Shown here piece by piece: positions 62,472-64,000 of a stretch of 64,000 nucleotides of DNA. The DNA lies in contig CM068747.1 in assembly GCA_035084275.1 (NCBI GenBank), forward strand, positions 23,932,001 through 23,996,000, in the 5' to 3' direction. This stretch comes from Hydrolagus colliei (taxonomy: Eukaryota). Within the stretch, counting starts at the first letter, position 1. The number at the start of each line of letters is the position of its first letter. The notes beneath the pieces were generated by a model. That model had not been told where the DNA came from. It made no database searches and saw only the letters and a program-made list of their open reading frames with translations. A program made the translations under genes and the position numbers.

Positions 62472-63372
62472 CTGTGAAAACAAAGGCACACACTAAATAA
62501 ATACAGTACTGTACAGGAAATGTAACGGCACAGAGACTCAATTGTGAATTAAAAGTGATATAAAAACAACAGTTTCTATCCGTTTCAATGCAAAATGCCA
62601 CTAGCTGCATGTACTTTCCTCCGAACACCAGGAACCCTAATTTTGCACTGAAGGATTACCATCATATTGGCTGTCTACGGTTACCAAAAAGGTCATCTGA
62701 TATAACAGAAATGAAAGCAAAAATGATCTCCTAAATATAAAGTGAGGCTAAGTAATAATAATGGTAATGCATCATTTTTTTTAATAGTACCTTAGCTGAT
62801 GTTCTCTCAGAATTACTTTAAATGCCAAACATTAAATGCCAACATGACTTAACACCCAAAAAGTTATACTGTATCATGTAAGTATTAAAAGCAGTTAATT
62901 GAGTGCTTCTACAATTCTTTTTTTATAATTCATTTGTTTATATTACAGCTGGAATATTCTAGGAAAGAGAATTTAAAGAGGCAAATTAGTCAAGTCACAT
63001 TTTTAAGAAAGAGTAAATTTAAGCTTCTTTATTTGATGCTTGAAAAGAGTTTACACAAATTTAGTTAAGTCCTTTTGCAATTATAAGATTTATTCATGCA
63101 CTGATAGGAATATGTTTCACTGGTAAATCACATTTTCTTAAGAAACATTTAGATGCAGTCATTTGTCGACTGAGGTCACTCGACTCAGCATAACATAAAA
63201 GTACATTTTAATTGCTAAATGTAATGAAAATCTAATGTAGGTGTTCTATGATAGATTAGTGTGCTGCTAAATATTTTCTAGGTTTGCACTATATTGGTAC
63301 TAAGCTTGTTTAAGACAGATGTAGCGTTAATTGCCCTCTGTTAATTTTTAGACCACCCTAAACTAGACACAT

Positions 63373-63408
63373 TGTCACACAGTTTCCAGTGTGTGACACT
63401 GGAAACTG
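63373..63408. repeat. Overlapping perfect inverted repeats (13-bp stem with 3-nt loop, and a 9-bp stem)
   Basis: cagtttccagtgt-gtg-acactggaaactg; tgtcacaca...tgtgtgaca. Confidence 0.9.
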
Positions 63409-63514
63409 CCATCTTCTCAACCCAAGACTGTCATATACAGTAACTATTCTGGAGTTGCTGGTTTTCAAAATACTAATCCATTTGAATACTAATTTAGTGG
63501 ACTGTCTACCCAAG

Positions 63515-63670
63515 AAGGCTGTCTAGGCAGAATCAATAGGGATGCTTAAACTAGAAACAAACAGCTACTTGGACAATAGAGGCATTAAAGGGCATGGTGA
63601 AAGGGCAGGCATTGAGATTAAAAGATCTGCCAAGATCTAATAAACCGAATAGCCATCTCCTGCTTTGCCA
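63515..63670 (+). mobile_element. Decayed CR1 3' fragment
   Basis: ggcattaaagggcatggtgaaagggcagg...gatctgccaagatct...ccgaatagccatctcctgct. Confidence 0.55.
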
Positions 63671-63841
63671 CAATTGTAAGATGCAATTTCAGAAAAGCAA
63701 TTTTTCAGATTCCATAAAAACAAATTATTCATAAGGTATTAACATTCAGATGTAGGATATGAAAATAAAACAAAACTCATTTCCAAAAGGTTATCCACCA
63801 ACTGTTTTTTTTCCTGAAGAGTATTGCACTAACAGTGTAAT

Positions 63842-64000
63842 ATTAATAATACCTGTATTTGATAGAACACATTATTATACTGAAAAGTCTCAAAGCGTTT
63901 TACACAATGAGTTACTTTGACCTTTAGTGACTGCTATTATGCAGGCTAAAGATATCCTGTGCCAGCAATATTGAACAAACAGCAATGAGATGAATGACCA
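63842..64000 (-). mobile_element. Old DeuSINE relic running off the window edge
   Basis: tctcaaagcgttttaca...tagtgactgct...aaacagcaatgagatgaatgacca. Confidence 0.6.

Noticed and set aside
63366-63410. Resemblance to the miR-122 complement (cattgtcacac) next to a hairpin
   Set aside because: The match is only ~11 nt and the stem is far too short for a pre-miRNA.
1-64000. Most ORFs in the supplied track
   Set aside because: They are short, often use alternative starts and show no recognisable homology. Only those overlapping MTX2 exons or LINE fossils are meaningful. No operon, CRISPR array or prokaryotic system is visible.
3681-64000. Apparent minus-strand bias of SINE insertions
   Set aside because: Counting fragments gives roughly 9 minus versus 7 plus, which is no real bias.
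62472-64000. MTX2 exon 1 and promoter
   Set aside because: No MSLVAEAF-like start or CpG island is in the window, so it must lie further right.

Overview
AT-rich vertebrate genomic DNA, not prokaryotic. The repeat content (tRNA-headed Deu-type SINEs with L2-type tails, L2 and CR1 LINE fragments, AmnSINE2- and LF-SINE-like relics) suggests a cartilaginous fish, possibly a chimaera such as Callorhinchus; this is inference. The only protein-coding gene I can support is metaxin-2 (MTX2) on the minus strand. Coding exons 2-10 lie between 62471 and 46316, all GT-AG with consistent phases; exon 1 is beyond the right edge. In jawed vertebrates MTX2 is the 3' neighbour of the HoxD cluster, so HoxD should lie to the right and bases 1-45000 should be the start of the HoxD 3' regulatory desert (T-DOM). 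The strongest unexplained signal is three perfect DR5 and one perfect DR2 retinoic-acid-response-type elements in non-repeat DNA, some next to TCF/LEF, T-box or Hox/Cdx motifs. Also notable: a decayed ~550-bp palindromic repeat in MTX2 intron 7 with a half copy in intron 4, a fold-back Tigger-like MITE, a promoter-like island with possible lncRNA exons, and several local inversion or duplication scars. Repeat family names are from remembered consensus sequences and repeat boundaries are approximate.
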